This document shows, one piece after another, positions 8,348 to 17,511 of a DNA stretch of 21,919 bases. Where the stretch lies: the NCBI GenBank assembly GCA_965662235.1, contig CBFIGY010000043.1:1-21919 (forward strand). Reading direction: 5' to 3'. Below the pieces are notes generated by a model. It did no database searches and was not told where the DNA came from. It saw only the letters and a list, made by a program, of their open reading frames with translations. The DNA comes from an uncultured bacterium. GTDB lineage: Bacteria > SAR324 > NAC60-12. Positions within the stretch are counted from its first letter, which is position 1, and each line of letters starts with the position of its first letter. The position numbers and the translations under genes are program-made.

Positions 8348-9303
8348 TCGTCGTTCTCCGTTCGCTTTGCGGCTGCCCGGGGATCCAGCAGGGGATACGA
8401 AATGTCCACGAGCAGGTTCGAGGTCATGACCACCACTGAAAAGATCAGGACAATGGCCAGGATGACAGGATAGTCAGACGACTTGATCGCCGTCTCAGTC
8501 AGACGCCCCAACCCCGGCAGCCCGAATACCTTTTCAATGAGAATGGAGTTGTTCAGCGTGGCAATCACCAGCAGGCCGATCTGACTGACCACTGGAGTCA
8601 GAACGGGTCGCATGATGTGTCGTGCCACCACCTGATGATTCGGAATGCCCTTGGCACGAGCCGTCCGGACGTAGTCCTCGCTCAGCACCTCCAGCACTCC
8701 GGCGCGTGCCTGCCGGATGATCAGAGCCATGGGGTTGAGTCCCAAAACGAGGAGCGGCACCACCACCAGCGGCGAGAAGAGGCCATCCCATCCGTAGGGA
8801 ACATCTTGGTTGAACCCCAGCACCAGGACCACAATGATCAACGGTCCAGACACAAAAACCGGGATGCCCCAGATGATCATGGCAAAGCCGACAATCAGGT
8901 TATCCAGCAGTTTGTTCTGGTTGAGGCCGGCAATCACCCCCAAAAGGATGCCGAGCAGAGACACAATGCAGATCGCCGAGAGGCCAATTTGCAGCGTCAC
9001 CGGCAGCGCTGCCTGGATCATGGAGTTGACCGAACGTCCGGACACCAGCGAGTTGCCAAAGTCTCCTTGGACGACGTTGGCCAGGTAGTCACCGAACTGG
9101 ACGAGGAAGGGGCGATTGAGGCCTGCAGCCTCCCGGATGGCCTCAACCCGAGCCGGGTCATAGGCAACGTCTCCAGGCGCTTGCAGAAAAATCAGTTTGA
9201 TGGGATCACCCGCCCCGAAGAAGACGAGTGCATAAATGGTCAGAAGGAGGACAAACACCGACGGGATCCATCGAATGAGCCGGTTCAGAATGTAGCGTCT
9301 CAA
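8344..9303 (-). CDS. Opp/Dpp-family ABC permease (OppB/DppB-like)
   Basis: GDP, GDFGNS, EDYVRTARAKG, IEKVFGLPGLG, DYPVI, LLDPR. Likely TTG start at 9303 with AGGGAGG RBS; the ORF track extends to 9333. Confidence 0.95.
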   Translation of the reverse strand: MRRYILNRLIRWIPSVFVLLLTIYALVFFGAGDPIKLIFLQAPGDVAYDPARVEAIREAAGLNRPFLVQFGDYLANVVQGDFGNSLVSGRSVNSMIQAALPVTLQIGLSAICIVSLLGILLGVIAGLNQNKLLDNLIVGFAMIIWGIPVFVSGPLIIVVLVLGFNQDVPYGWDGLFSPLVVVPLLVLGLNPMALIIRQARAGVLEVLSEDYVRTARAKGIPNHQVVARHIMRPVLTPVVSQIGLLVIATLNNSILIEKVFGLPGLGRLTETAIKSSDYPVILAIVLIFSVVVMTSNLLVDISYPLLDPRAAAKRTENDE

Positions 9304-9325
9304 GGGGCCTCCCTTCCGTGTCTCA

Positions 9326-9358
9326 AAAATCAAACGGGGCAGGTGTGCGCCTACCCCG
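9326..9358 (-). terminator. Intercistronic stem-loop after the solute-binding protein gene (partial terminator or mRNA stabiliser)
   Basis: Minus strand CGGGGTAGG-CGCACA-CCTGCCCCG followed by TTTGATTTTT. Confidence 0.65.
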
Positions 9359-9371
9359 AAAAAAGCCGTTG

Positions 9372-10985
9372 TTACGGCCGGCCTTGCTCGTCAATCTCGA
9401 CGTTCCAGGGCTCAATCACCTGCCAGTCGTCGTTCTTGTCGAAGTTCTTCACCCAAGGCATGGCCCACTTGGACATCACATCGTAGTAGTACGGAATGTA
9501 CATCCAGTCGTCACGGAAGATCCGCTGGGCCTTCCGGGCCATGTTGGTGCGCTCAGGATCGCTCACCCCTTTGGTAGACGCGGTCTCCAGCAAAGAGTCC
9601 ACTTCCGCATTCTGGTAGCCGCCCATCTTGTTCCGGGCATTTCCGGAACCAGAGTGGATCGAGCCCATCAGGTACGATACGGCATCCGGCACTCGGGTGC
9701 CAACATCATCGCGGAAGATCTGAACACTTGCTTGGTCCGGACCCGAGTAGGTCTCAATGGCCGGCTTCATTTCCACCCCCTGGATGCCCAGGATCTTGCG
9801 CCACTGCTCAGCAATGTACTGAGCTGCGGCTTCGTGGGTCGGGGTGCTGATGCCAACAAACATGATCTTCGGCAAACGTCCGCTCTGTCCATACTTGGAC
9901 GCGGCCAAAGCCGCCTTAGCGCCTTCCGGATCAAACGGATACTTTTGGTAGTCCGGATCGGTGCCCGCAACCTTGTTGAGGATCTGGCTGGCGGCGGTGA
10001 ACGGACCGTCTGGGAATGCGGCCAGAGCCAGCTCAGCCGGATTGACCGCCATGATCAGCGCCTTACGCACATTGATGTCATCCATCGGCGCGCGCGTCGG
10101 GTTGAACCAGAACTGCTGTCCCTTGGCCAGAGCCGGACCGTTCAGGAAGCCCGGACCGAGGTCCTGGATGATGGTCGGTGTGATCAGCTCGGTCGCCGCG
10201 TCCATGGTGCCCCGACGCAGCATCAGCGTGGCGGTGCTGGGATCTGAGACCGTGGTCACAACGATTTTGCTGAGCTTCGGCTTTGGCCCAAAGAAGTTCG
10301 GGTTGGGCACAAAGGTAATGACGCCTTTGTCGAGGTCCATGCTTTCTGGCATGAACGGTCCAGACACCACCACTCCGTTTTGAGGCATCCACCAGTCTTG
10401 CTTCTCGTTGCCGCTGGCGTCTTCGGCCTGCGAAATCTTGACCGGAGAGATCAAGGCCGTCGCAATCTTTTGGTCAAAGATCGGATCAGCACGCACCAGG
10501 CTCACTTCCACCGTGCGGGCGTCAACAACCTTCAGGCCCGTCATGTCCTGCGCCTTGCCCAGGGACACGTCTTCAAAACCCGCCACGTCGCCGAGGAACA
10601 GGTTCACCCGGGAGTGCTTGGTTGCCGGTCGAGCCGACAGGTTCCAGGTGCCCACCACGTCGTCAGCGGTGATCGGAGAGCCATCGGAGAAGACCGCCTT
10701 GGGGCTGATCTTCAGGGACCAGACCTGGTACTTGCTGTCGGAGGTGACCTCTGAGAGCACGTAAGGGGTCAGCTTGCCGTCCTTGTCAAAGTACATGGGC
10801 GCCGCCCACCACAGTGACATCCAGCGGGCCGAGTGTCCGCCCCCTTGCAGGGGGGACCAGTTTTGTTCCAGTACGGGGTGTTGAACATTCAGCACCTGTC
10901 CCTCCGAGGCCGCCTGAGGCGCCGCCGGAGATAAGCCTAGCATCGACAGTCCCAGTATCAGGCTGCCCAACCATCGTTTTTTCAT
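9372..10985 (-). CDS. ABC transporter family 5 solute-binding protein (OppA/DppA-like fold; ligand probably a carbohydrate derivative)
   Basis: Sec signal MKKRWLGSLILGLSMLGLSPAAPQA; AVFSDGSPITADDV, SGPF, DINVRKAL, FDPEGAKAALA. AGGAG RBS. Confidence 0.93.
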   Translation of the reverse strand: MKKRWLGSLILGLSMLGLSPAAPQAASEGQVLNVQHPVLEQNWSPLQGGGHSARWMSLWWAAPMYFDKDGKLTPYVLSEVTSDSKYQVWSLKISPKAVFSDGSPITADDVVGTWNLSARPATKHSRVNLFLGDVAGFEDVSLGKAQDMTGLKVVDARTVEVSLVRADPIFDQKIATALISPVKISQAEDASGNEKQDWWMPQNGVVVSGPFMPESMDLDKGVITFVPNPNFFGPKPKLSKIVVTTVSDPSTATLMLRRGTMDAATELITPTIIQDLGPGFLNGPALAKGQQFWFNPTRAPMDDINVRKALIMAVNPAELALAAFPDGPFTAASQILNKVAGTDPDYQKYPFDPEGAKAALAASKYGQSGRLPKIMFVGISTPTHEAAAQYIAEQWRKILGIQGVEMKPAIETYSGPDQASVQIFRDDVGTRVPDAVSYLMGSIHSGSGNARNKMGGYQNAEVDSLLETASTKGVSDPERTNMARKAQRIFRDDWMYIPYYYDVMSKWAMPWVKNFDKNDDWQVIEPWNVEIDEQGRP

Positions 10986-11068
10986 GCGTGTCTCCTTTTC
11001 ATGTTCACACCCAGAGGGGATCTGTTGGTGACGTGCCTCGGCACAGCCTGCCGACGCTTGACGTCTGG

Positions 11069-12187
11069 TTAGTAAGCGACCTGATAGATCGCCTCAATGT
11101 CCGTAACAGCCAGATCAACTGGATTCCAGTCGAGCAGCCGGCGGATCGCATGAGCCTCGTGAGCCATTCCGGAAAGGTCCTCTTCCCGCACAGCGTGTTC
11201 ACGGAGGCGCATCTCCAGCCCGAGGCTTTCGCAAAAGGCTCGAGCACGGTTCAGGACGTCCTTGCCTCCGGTTCCAGGAGCGCCGAGTGCGGCAAGGACC
11301 TTGTCGGTTTTTTCGGTCACCAGTGCCGCGTTGGCGGCCAGGGTGTGCGGAAAGATCAGGGCGTTGGCCAGCCCGTGCGGAATCTTATAGCGGGTGCCTA
11401 GGGGGTAGGCCACCGCGTGTCCGGCAGTCGTGTTGACCGGACCCAGGCAGACGCCTCCGTAGTAGGCAGCCAGCGCCAGTCCCGCACGGGCCTCCAGGTC
11501 GCTACCGTCCTCCACGGCGCGCTGCAGGTGCGTTCCAATGAGCTCAATCCCTTGGAGGGCATAGGCATCAATGATGGGGTGGGCCCGCTTGGACGTGAAC
11601 GCCTCGACGCAGTGCGCCAGCGCGTCAATCCCGGTGGCGGCCGTCACATCCGGTGGCACGGAAACCGTCAGGCTGGGGTCGACAATGGTCAGGTCCGACA
11701 GCATGTGGAGGCTTTCCACCGCCACCTTCCCCAGCGTCTCCGGATCCGTCACCAGCGCCCGAGTTCCTACTTCTGAGCCGGTGCCTGCAGTCGTCGACAC
11801 CTGCACGAGCCCCAGGGTCCGCGCAGGCGCCCGATTGGGTCCAGAGATGTCGGAGAGGGTCACCTCCTGCCCAACCATGACCGCAACCAGCTTGGCCAGA
11901 TCCATTGCAGAACCGCCCCCGAAGCCAATGATGACATCTGCGCCTTCCGCCTCGCGGACCGTAGCCATCAGGTCGTGGGTCGTGGGCTCCTGTGTGAGGG
12001 CACTGCTGCTTTTGACCGTTCCCAGTCCCAGCACACTCAAGCGGGCGGCATTGACGGCATCGGCCACCACAAACGGACGCTGATACCCCCGTGCTTCCAT
12101 CCAGGGAGCCAGCTTCTCGGTGGCCCCAACCCCAAACTCGACGACGGCAGGACGCAACAATTGAAGGGGAGTGGTTAGATTAAGCAC
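11069..12187 (-). CDS. Iron-containing alcohol dehydrogenase family protein
   Basis: GFGGGSAMDLAK, TTAGTGSE, and metal ligands in DALAH...AGH...IPHG. Likely GTG start at 12187 with GGAGG 6 nt upstream; the ORF track starts at 12235. Confidence 0.93.
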   Translation of the reverse strand: MLNLTTPLQLLRPAVVEFGVGATEKLAPWMEARGYQRPFVVADAVNAARLSVLGLGTVKSSSALTQEPTTHDLMATVREAEGADVIIGFGGGSAMDLAKLVAVMVGQEVTLSDISGPNRAPARTLGLVQVSTTAGTGSEVGTRALVTDPETLGKVAVESLHMLSDLTIVDPSLTVSVPPDVTAATGIDALAHCVEAFTSKRAHPIIDAYALQGIELIGTHLQRAVEDGSDLEARAGLALAAYYGGVCLGPVNTTAGHAVAYPLGTRYKIPHGLANALIFPHTLAANAALVTEKTDKVLAALGAPGTGGKDVLNRARAFCESLGLEMRLREHAVREEDLSGMAHEAHAIRRLLDWNPVDLAVTDIEAIYQVAY

Positions 12188-12427
12188 GACGATCCTCCGG
12201 GGTTCTCTTGACGCCGTTAAGCGACTGAAGTTCATGAATCATTAGGGACCTCACGGTATTCCTGAGGAGGGGTGCAGGGACCCGGTTGGCGCCCTGCGGC
12301 ATATTCCCGTAGAGCAAACAATTCCCTTGGTTCGCCACCCACAGCCTCAAGACCCTCCTCATGCAGAAGGGGCCCCAGAGAGCCTGAAACGCTTCCGGGG
12401 GAACGCGGCCCCCCTCAATGCGGCGCT

Positions 12428-12537
12428 ATCCCAACATGGACAACTAGACAAGTCAAGCCCCTCATGTCCATTTTCCTCCTAAAAAAATCGTTTTAAGTGG
12501 AAAATTATTGACAAGTTTACAGATTTATCGGAAAACT
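12428..12537. promoter_or_regulatory. Divergent promoter region of the catabolic cluster with candidate FadR operators
   Basis: Minus strand TTGACT (12456-12451)-N17-TGGGAT. Plus strand TTGACA (12508-12513)-N18-AAAACT. An AT-rich tract lies between them. GACAACTA-GACAAGTC (12439-12454) and GACAAGTT-TACAGATT (12510-12525) overlap the -35/spacer regions. Confidence 0.55.
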
Positions 12538-12754
12538 AGGAAGGTCAACCGCAGGGAAGGAACGGCGGGCGTGCGCGCCGAAGCCCCCTGCTGGCAGCAC
12601 TCCGGAACCGGTTTGACCTCTGCTGAAGGCGCAGGCGCCTCTTGGTCGGGCTTCCGTCAGGCTCCGTTCCCTTGGCGTCTCCTGTAAACAGCGGTTCTCC
12701 AATTGACAACTGATCGTGCCGCTCCTCACCTCCACTCCCACTCAAGAAGCCTCA

Positions 12755-13639
12755 ATGAACAAAGAAGCCTTTGTCGCCCTGGTGACCTGCTTCCATGCAG
12801 ATGAAACGGTCAACTACGACGCCACACGCCGTCAGGTCCGTCGCCAAATTGAGGCGGGCAACAACCTCATGGTGGCCGGAACCAACGGCGACTTTTCGGC
12901 ACTGACGTTTGAGGAGAAGGTTCGCCTGGCGCAGGAAGTGGTGGAAGAGGTCAATGGTCGGGTCAAGGTCTTCATCAATGCGGGCATGCCGGCCACCTTT
13001 GAGACCGTGAAGCTGGCCCGCGCCTTTGCCCCGATTGGAGTTGATGGCATCGCCGTCATCACCCCCTTCTTCATTGAGGTCACTCAGGATGGGCTGGAGC
13101 GGCACTTCTGCTCCGTTGCCGACGCTGTCACAACGCCGGTCTACCTCTACGACATTCCTGCACGGACCCAGAACCACATTGAGCCCGAGACCGCCCGCAA
13201 GCTGGCGGAGCACCCCAACATCAGGGGCATTAAGGATTCCGGAGGAAAGCAGGAGACGCTGGAGGCCTACCTGGCGGTGGGACAGGACGCCCCGGACTTT
13301 CAGGTGTACTCGGGCCCTGACCACTTGGTGCACTGGGGCCTGCAAAATGGGGCAGCAGGATGCATTTCCGGACTGGGGAACGTGCTCCCGCACGTCCTGG
13401 CCCAGATCATTCAGGCCTTCAACGCAGGCGACGCCGCTCAAGCGGCTCAGGCTCAGCAGGTCTATGCCAACTTCCGGACCGAACTCTATGCTCTGGGTTA
13501 TCCCCCGGCCCTGGTCAAGCGTGCGCTCTGGGTCATGGATGCCTCGGTTGGGGCCTCCCGTCAACCGGCACTCCTCCCGGACCCCAAGCAGGATGAGCAG
13601 ATCAGCAACCTTCTGAAAAAATACGGACTTCTCGAATGA
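12755..13639 (+). CDS. DapA/NAL (dihydrodipicolinate synthase) family class I aldolase or dehydratase, catabolic paralog
   Basis: [15 protein letters not shown] (GxxG motif), catalytic Tyr in YLYDIPART, Schiff-base Lys in GIKDSGG. Start at MNKEAFV (12755). Confidence 0.92.
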   Translation: MNKEAFVALVTCFHADETVNYDATRRQVRRQIEAGNNLMVAGTNGDFSALTFEEKVRLAQEVVEEVNGRVKVFINAGMPATFETVKLARAFAPIGVDGIAVITPFFIEVTQDGLERHFCSVADAVTTPVYLYDIPARTQNHIEPETARKLAEHPNIRGIKDSGGKQETLEAYLAVGQDAPDFQVYSGPDHLVHWGLQNGAAGCISGLGNVLPHVLAQIIQAFNAGDAAQAAQAQQVYANFRTELYALGYPPALVKRALWVMDASVGASRQPALLPDPKQDEQISNLLKKYGLLE

Positions 13640-14634
13640 AAGACACCACCATGACTGACACTCCCATTGTCATCACCATGGGCGATCCCTCTGGCGTAGG
13701 CGCCGAGGTGATCGTCAAGGCCATGGCCGCCTTGTCCCCTGAAGCACGCCAGCGCTATGCCGTCATTGGCGACACCTCCGTCCTGCAGCGCGCCTGCGCG
13801 GTCTGTGGACTGGATCTTCCGCTGGTCCCTTATGGAACCGATGCGGCCGCCGGATCCCTGGCTGTGATTGAGGTGCCCATTCCCGGACTGCCCGATCAGT
13901 TTGGCGTCCTTGCTCCCGAATGTGGGGAGGCGGCGTTCCGTTACATTGAGCGAGCGGTGGAGATGACCTCCTCTGGCGAAGCGCAAATGATCGTCACCGC
14001 CCCCATCAATAAGGAAGCCCTGAACCGAGCCGGCCACCACTACGATGGGCACACCGGCATGCTCACGGCCTTGACCCACGCAAAGAGTTCGCGGATGCTG
14101 CTGGCCTCCGAAACCCTGAACGTGCTCCACGTCACCGCTCACGTTTCTCTGAAGGACTCGGTCGACCGAGCCACCTCTGAACGCGTGCTGGAAACGATTC
14201 TGATGGGCGATCACCACCTGAAGCGAATGGGACTGTCAGCGCCACGCATCGCAGTGGCCGGAATCAATCCACACTGTGGGGAGGCAGGACTGTTTGGGAA
14301 GGAAGATGACCAGCAGCTGGTGCCGGCCATTCAGGCGGCGCAGGAACAAGGGGTCAATGTCGTGGGCCCCATTCCTGCGGATACCCTGTACTACCGGGCG
14401 CACAAGGGGGAGTTTGACCTGGTGATCGCGCAATTCCACGACCAAGGACACATTCCCATCAAGCTGATCGCCTTTGATACAGCCGTGAATGTGACACTGG
14501 GATTGCCGATCGACCGCTGCTCCGTGGATCATGGAACAGCGTTTGACATTGCCGGCACGGGTCAGGCCAACCACGTCAACATGCTGGCGGCGCTCGATTA
14601 CGCCGGAAAGCTGGTCGCCGAAAAGCAGGGCTGA
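13636..14634 (+). CDS. pdxA: PdxA-family dehydrogenase, likely PdxA2-type (4-phospho-tetronate dehydrogenase)
   Basis: [60 protein letters not shown] coupling to the aldolase; clustered with a DUF1537 kinase. Confidence 0.93.
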   Translation: MKDTTMTDTPIVITMGDPSGVGAEVIVKAMAALSPEARQRYAVIGDTSVLQRACAVCGLDLPLVPYGTDAAAGSLAVIEVPIPGLPDQFGVLAPECGEAAFRYIERAVEMTSSGEAQMIVTAPINKEALNRAGHHYDGHTGMLTALTHAKSSRMLLASETLNVLHVTAHVSLKDSVDRATSERVLETILMGDHHLKRMGLSAPRIAVAGINPHCGEAGLFGKEDDQQLVPAIQAAQEQGVNVVGPIPADTLYYRAHKGEFDLVIAQFHDQGHIPIKLIAFDTAVNVTLGLPIDRCSVDHGTAFDIAGTGQANHVNMLAALDYAGKLVAEKQG

Positions 14635-14644
14635 CGCCCCTTCT

Positions 14645-15388
14645 TCAGGAAAGACGGAGGTCGATCAGCCCGTCGCCAAACAGGCGATTGCAGGAGTGCT
14701 GCAGGTGGGCCCGCATCAATGCAGCAGCCCGCTCTGCATCCCGGGCTTCAATGGCGGCAAGGATCTCGCTGTGCTCCGCGAAAACCTCCTCCAGTGCCGC
14801 TGACCCATCAGACATGAGCGTCTGGCCGTGCATCTTCATGCCAACGTTAATGTGATCTCTTAGAGCACGTAAGGAGGCTTCATAGTAATGATTGTTGGAG
14901 GCCCGGGCGATGCCATGGTGGAAGGCAAAGTCAGCATCTTCACGGTGCGAGAGACTTCCGGTCGCGACCCGCATCATCTCCAGCGCTTCCTGCAACTCTT
15001 CCAAAATGGCTCCATTGTACCGCTCGGCGGCAAGCGCAGCTGCAGAGGTTTCAATGGTGATCCGGAACTCATAGCAGCGTTGGATGTCAGCCAGCGTCTC
15101 CACCTTCGCAAAGCCCACGGGTTTGGCTGAGGCCACCTTCACAAAGTTCCCTGCCCCTTGGCGTGTGTAGATCACGCCCTCTTCTCGCAGGTGCTTGAGC
15201 GCGTCTCGCAGCACCGGTCGGGAGACCCCCAATTCTTCGGCAAGTACCGGTTCAGACGGGAGGCGCTGGTTGGCCGGGTAGTCCCCGTTGGAAATGCGGT
15301 TGAACAGGACCTGATACACCCGGTCGGCCAGGGGTCGGTTCTGCCGCGGAGACAGCTCCTTTGGGGTCAGTTGCGCCTCAGTTTTCAT
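14645..15388 (-). CDS. GntR/FadR-family transcriptional regulator (wHTH + FCD)
   Basis: RLPSEPVLAEELGVSRPVLRDALKHLREEG..TRQGAGNFV; FCD motifs DFAFHHGIA..SNN, EHSEI, HL. Confidence 0.95.
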   Translation of the reverse strand: MKTEAQLTPKELSPRQNRPLADRVYQVLFNRISNGDYPANQRLPSEPVLAEELGVSRPVLRDALKHLREEGVIYTRQGAGNFVKVASAKPVGFAKVETLADIQRCYEFRITIETSAAALAAERYNGAILEELQEALEMMRVATGSLSHREDADFAFHHGIARASNNHYYEASLRALRDHINVGMKMHGQTLMSDGSAALEEVFAEHSEILAAIEARDAERAAALMRAHLQHSCNRLFGDGLIDLRLS

Positions 15389-16451
15389 TCAATTCTCCAA
15401 AATCAGGGCCTGCAGGCTCCACCAGGGCCCGCACAACGTCTGTTAGGGTTTGCGGAGGACCAAAGCCTCCGGACTTGGTGATGAGGCCCAACCCGGGGCG
15501 TCCCTCCAGGGCTCGGCAGTAGGGAAGGCCGGGCAGCAGTTCGCCCTGCACCTCAAGGGTTCCGATTCCCAGACGAGCCAGCACGGCGGAGGCGGTTTCG
15601 CCGCCACTCAGGATCAGGGTCGCCGGCTGGGTCACTTCCACCCAGCGAGCCACCCCGCGGGTAAACGCGTCGCCCACATCGGCAGCAGGCTGTGGCTGCG
15701 TTCCCGGGGTCAGCTGCACCAGCTGGTAGGTCCCTGTGGGCGGCCACGGATCCGGAACCACCCCATTCGGCGCCGGAATCACCTCCAGATGAGGCAACTG
15801 CGCCAGCGTCACCGGGTCACGTGAGCCAATGGCCAACAGCGCTGGTGCGCTGAGTACCGGAACCGTGGGTGCCTCCTGCTCCGGGACCAGAGTCCGAGCC
15901 AGTGCTTCTGCCAATCCTGCTGCCCCGACCAGCAGAGCCCCGGCAGGCGCCTGCGCCAGTCCCGCATCCAGTTGCGGGTCTGACGCGGCATCCAGCACCA
16001 CCTCTTCCGGAACTCCCACCCTTGGGGCAACGGGAATCGGCTGCGCCACCCCTGCGCCCGTGACCGCCCCCCGGATGACCCAACGTCCTAGGCGGGGAAT
16101 GGCCGGGCAAACGACCAGAGGTTGACCGGAACGTCGCAGTGCCGCCGTTTCGGCAGCAACGTGCCCCTTCAGGCGGCTGTCCACTTTTTTGAAAAGCACG
16201 GCCTCTGAGCCGGCTGGGTGGCGCTGCAGCCATTCCCGTACCCAGACCACACGTGCCACCGCGTCTGTGGCTTCCAGCTCCCGGGAGCCGGTCGAGACCG
16301 CGACCACCGAGGCCTTCAAGTCCATCGCCTGCTCCAGGTCTTCCACCGTCCGGGCACATACGGTGCGGAGGCCCCGAACCGCGAAGGCAACCGCCGAGTC
16401 CAGAGCTCCGGTCAGGTCATCTGCGACGACCACCACTTTCAGCTGACTCAT
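15378..16451 (-). CDS. Four-carbon acid sugar kinase family (DUF1537; DtnK/DenK/OtnK-like)
   Basis: VVADDLTGALDS, FKKVDSRLKG, CPAIPRLGR, IGSRDPVTLAQ, SGGETA, GELLPG, TKSGGFG. 11-nt overlap with the regulator gene. Confidence 0.93.
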   Translation of the reverse strand: MSQLKVVVVADDLTGALDSAVAFAVRGLRTVCARTVEDLEQAMDLKASVVAVSTGSRELEATDAVARVVWVREWLQRHPAGSEAVLFKKVDSRLKGHVAAETAALRRSGQPLVVCPAIPRLGRWVIRGAVTGAGVAQPIPVAPRVGVPEEVVLDAASDPQLDAGLAQAPAGALLVGAAGLAEALARTLVPEQEAPTVPVLSAPALLAIGSRDPVTLAQLPHLEVIPAPNGVVPDPWPPTGTYQLVQLTPGTQPQPAADVGDAFTRGVARWVEVTQPATLILSGGETASAVLARLGIGTLEVQGELLPGLPYCRALEGRPGLGLITKSGGFGPPQTLTDVVRALVEPAGPDFGELNEN

Positions 16452-16513
16452 CTTCGTCCTTCAGTCGCGTGGGCTGCTCTCAACCGGCCCGAAAAAAAAC
16501 AGGCATTCCTTTC

Positions 16514-16543
16514 AATTTACAAATTTTACATGTTTTTACAAGT
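16514..16543 (-). promoter_or_regulatory. Putative promoter/operator of the kinase-regulator operon
   Basis: Minus strand TTGTAA (16541-16536)-N16-TAAATT (16519-16514). Three TTTACA direct repeats on the plus strand at 16516, 16525 and 16535. Confidence 0.55.
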
Positions 16544-16584
16544 CGCGTTCTTCCCTGACACCACACGACCTCCGGACGGACGGG

Positions 16585-17511
16585 CTAAAGCGAGAGACCG
16601 CTTTCTGGCTCCACTCGGATGTCACGGGCGCTGTGCGCCATGATCAGGGTCGCAGCAAAGATCACAGCTCCCCCAATCCAGGTCGTCATCGAGACGCTCT
16701 GCCCAAAGAAAAGGTACGCCAGCAGGGCGACAAACGGAAGTCTCAGGAAGTCCAGCGGGGCAACCAGTGACGCTTCTGCCAGCGAGAGGGCCTGCGTTAC
16801 GCATCCCATGGAAATGGCGCCCAAGAGGCCCTGCAGGGCCAGCAATCCCCACTGTTCCGGGGTCAGCGGCGTCCAGACAAAGGCGGCAAAGACGGCGGCC
16901 AGAGGAACGGTAAGGATCAGGTTCCAGGCAACTAGGGTTTGTGTGCCGTCGCGTCCAGACATGGGCTTCAGCATCAGCTGCACCGTCGCCGAAAAAAGAG
17001 CCCCTAGGAGCGCCAGCAGCAAGCCGCTGGAAATCAGCGAATCATGCCCTGGGCGGAGCACCAACAGCACCCCGAGGAACCCGAACACCATGGCAATGAT
17101 GCGACTCCGCTTGGGCTTTTCAGCAAAAAACACCCATGCCCCCACCGTCACAAACAGGGGCGCCGTAAACGCAATGGCCGTCACATCGGCTAGGGACGAC
17201 TGGGCAAAGGCGGCAAAGAAGGACGTCAGCGCCGCCAGCTTCAGCGCCGCCCGCACCGCATGCAGCGTCCGGTACTGAGACTGCAGGAGCTTCGGACGAG
17301 CCAGCACCCAAGGGAGGATGGCGATCAGTCCAAAGAGTGCTCGCGTGAACGCAATGGTGAAGGGATGCACCTCTGGCGAAACCGAGCGCACAATCACGGC
17401 GTCGATTGAGGCCAAAACGGCCACAACCACCATCAGCAACACCCCCGTGAAGGCGGTTCGCTCAGCAGGAAGGGCAAACTTGAGGGATCGCATCTGTGAC
17501 GTCGGTGGCAA
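16585..17511 (-). CDS. DMT/EamA-family transporter
   Basis: About 10 hydrophobic segments in two EamA repeats; AIAFTAPLF..FFAEK, GFLGVLLVLRPG, AEASLVAPLDFLRLPF. Start uncertain (TTG 17511 or ATG 17493). Confidence 0.92.
   Translation of the reverse strand: MPPTSQMRSLKFALPAERTAFTGVLLMVVVAVLASIDAVIVRSVSPEVHPFTIAFTRALFGLIAILPWVLARPKLLQSQYRTLHAVRAALKLAALTSFFAAFAQSSLADVTAIAFTAPLFVTVGAWVFFAEKPKRSRIIAMVFGFLGVLLVLRPGHDSLISSGLLLALLGALFSATVQLMLKPMSGRDGTQTLVAWNLILTVPLAAVFAAFVWTPLTPEQWGLLALQGLLGAISMGCVTQALSLAEASLVAPLDFLRLPFVALLAYLFFGQSVSMTTWIGGAVIFAATLIMAHSARDIRVEPESGLSL

Noticed and set aside
8617..10247. Long antisense ORFs 8617-9486 and 9318-10247 (likewise 12752-13564, 16619-17278, 18873-19736)
   Set aside because: These are expected stop-poor antisense frames of GC-rich genes and carry no recognisable domains.
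5360..10985. Oligopeptide transport as the function of the ABC system
   Set aside because: No peptidase is linked, the neighbours are sugar-acid enzymes, and family-5 SBPs are known to bind carbohydrates as well.
12703..12731. Second TTGACA as the aldolase promoter
   Set aside because: No credible -10 hexamer at 16-18 nt spacing; kept only as a possible operator half-site.
12755..14634. Housekeeping dapA (lysine) and pdxA (vitamin B6) assignments
   Set aside because: The context with a DUF1537 kinase, FadR and an importer, plus variant motifs (GTNGD rather than GTTGE; GHTG rather than GHTE), points to catabolic paralogs.
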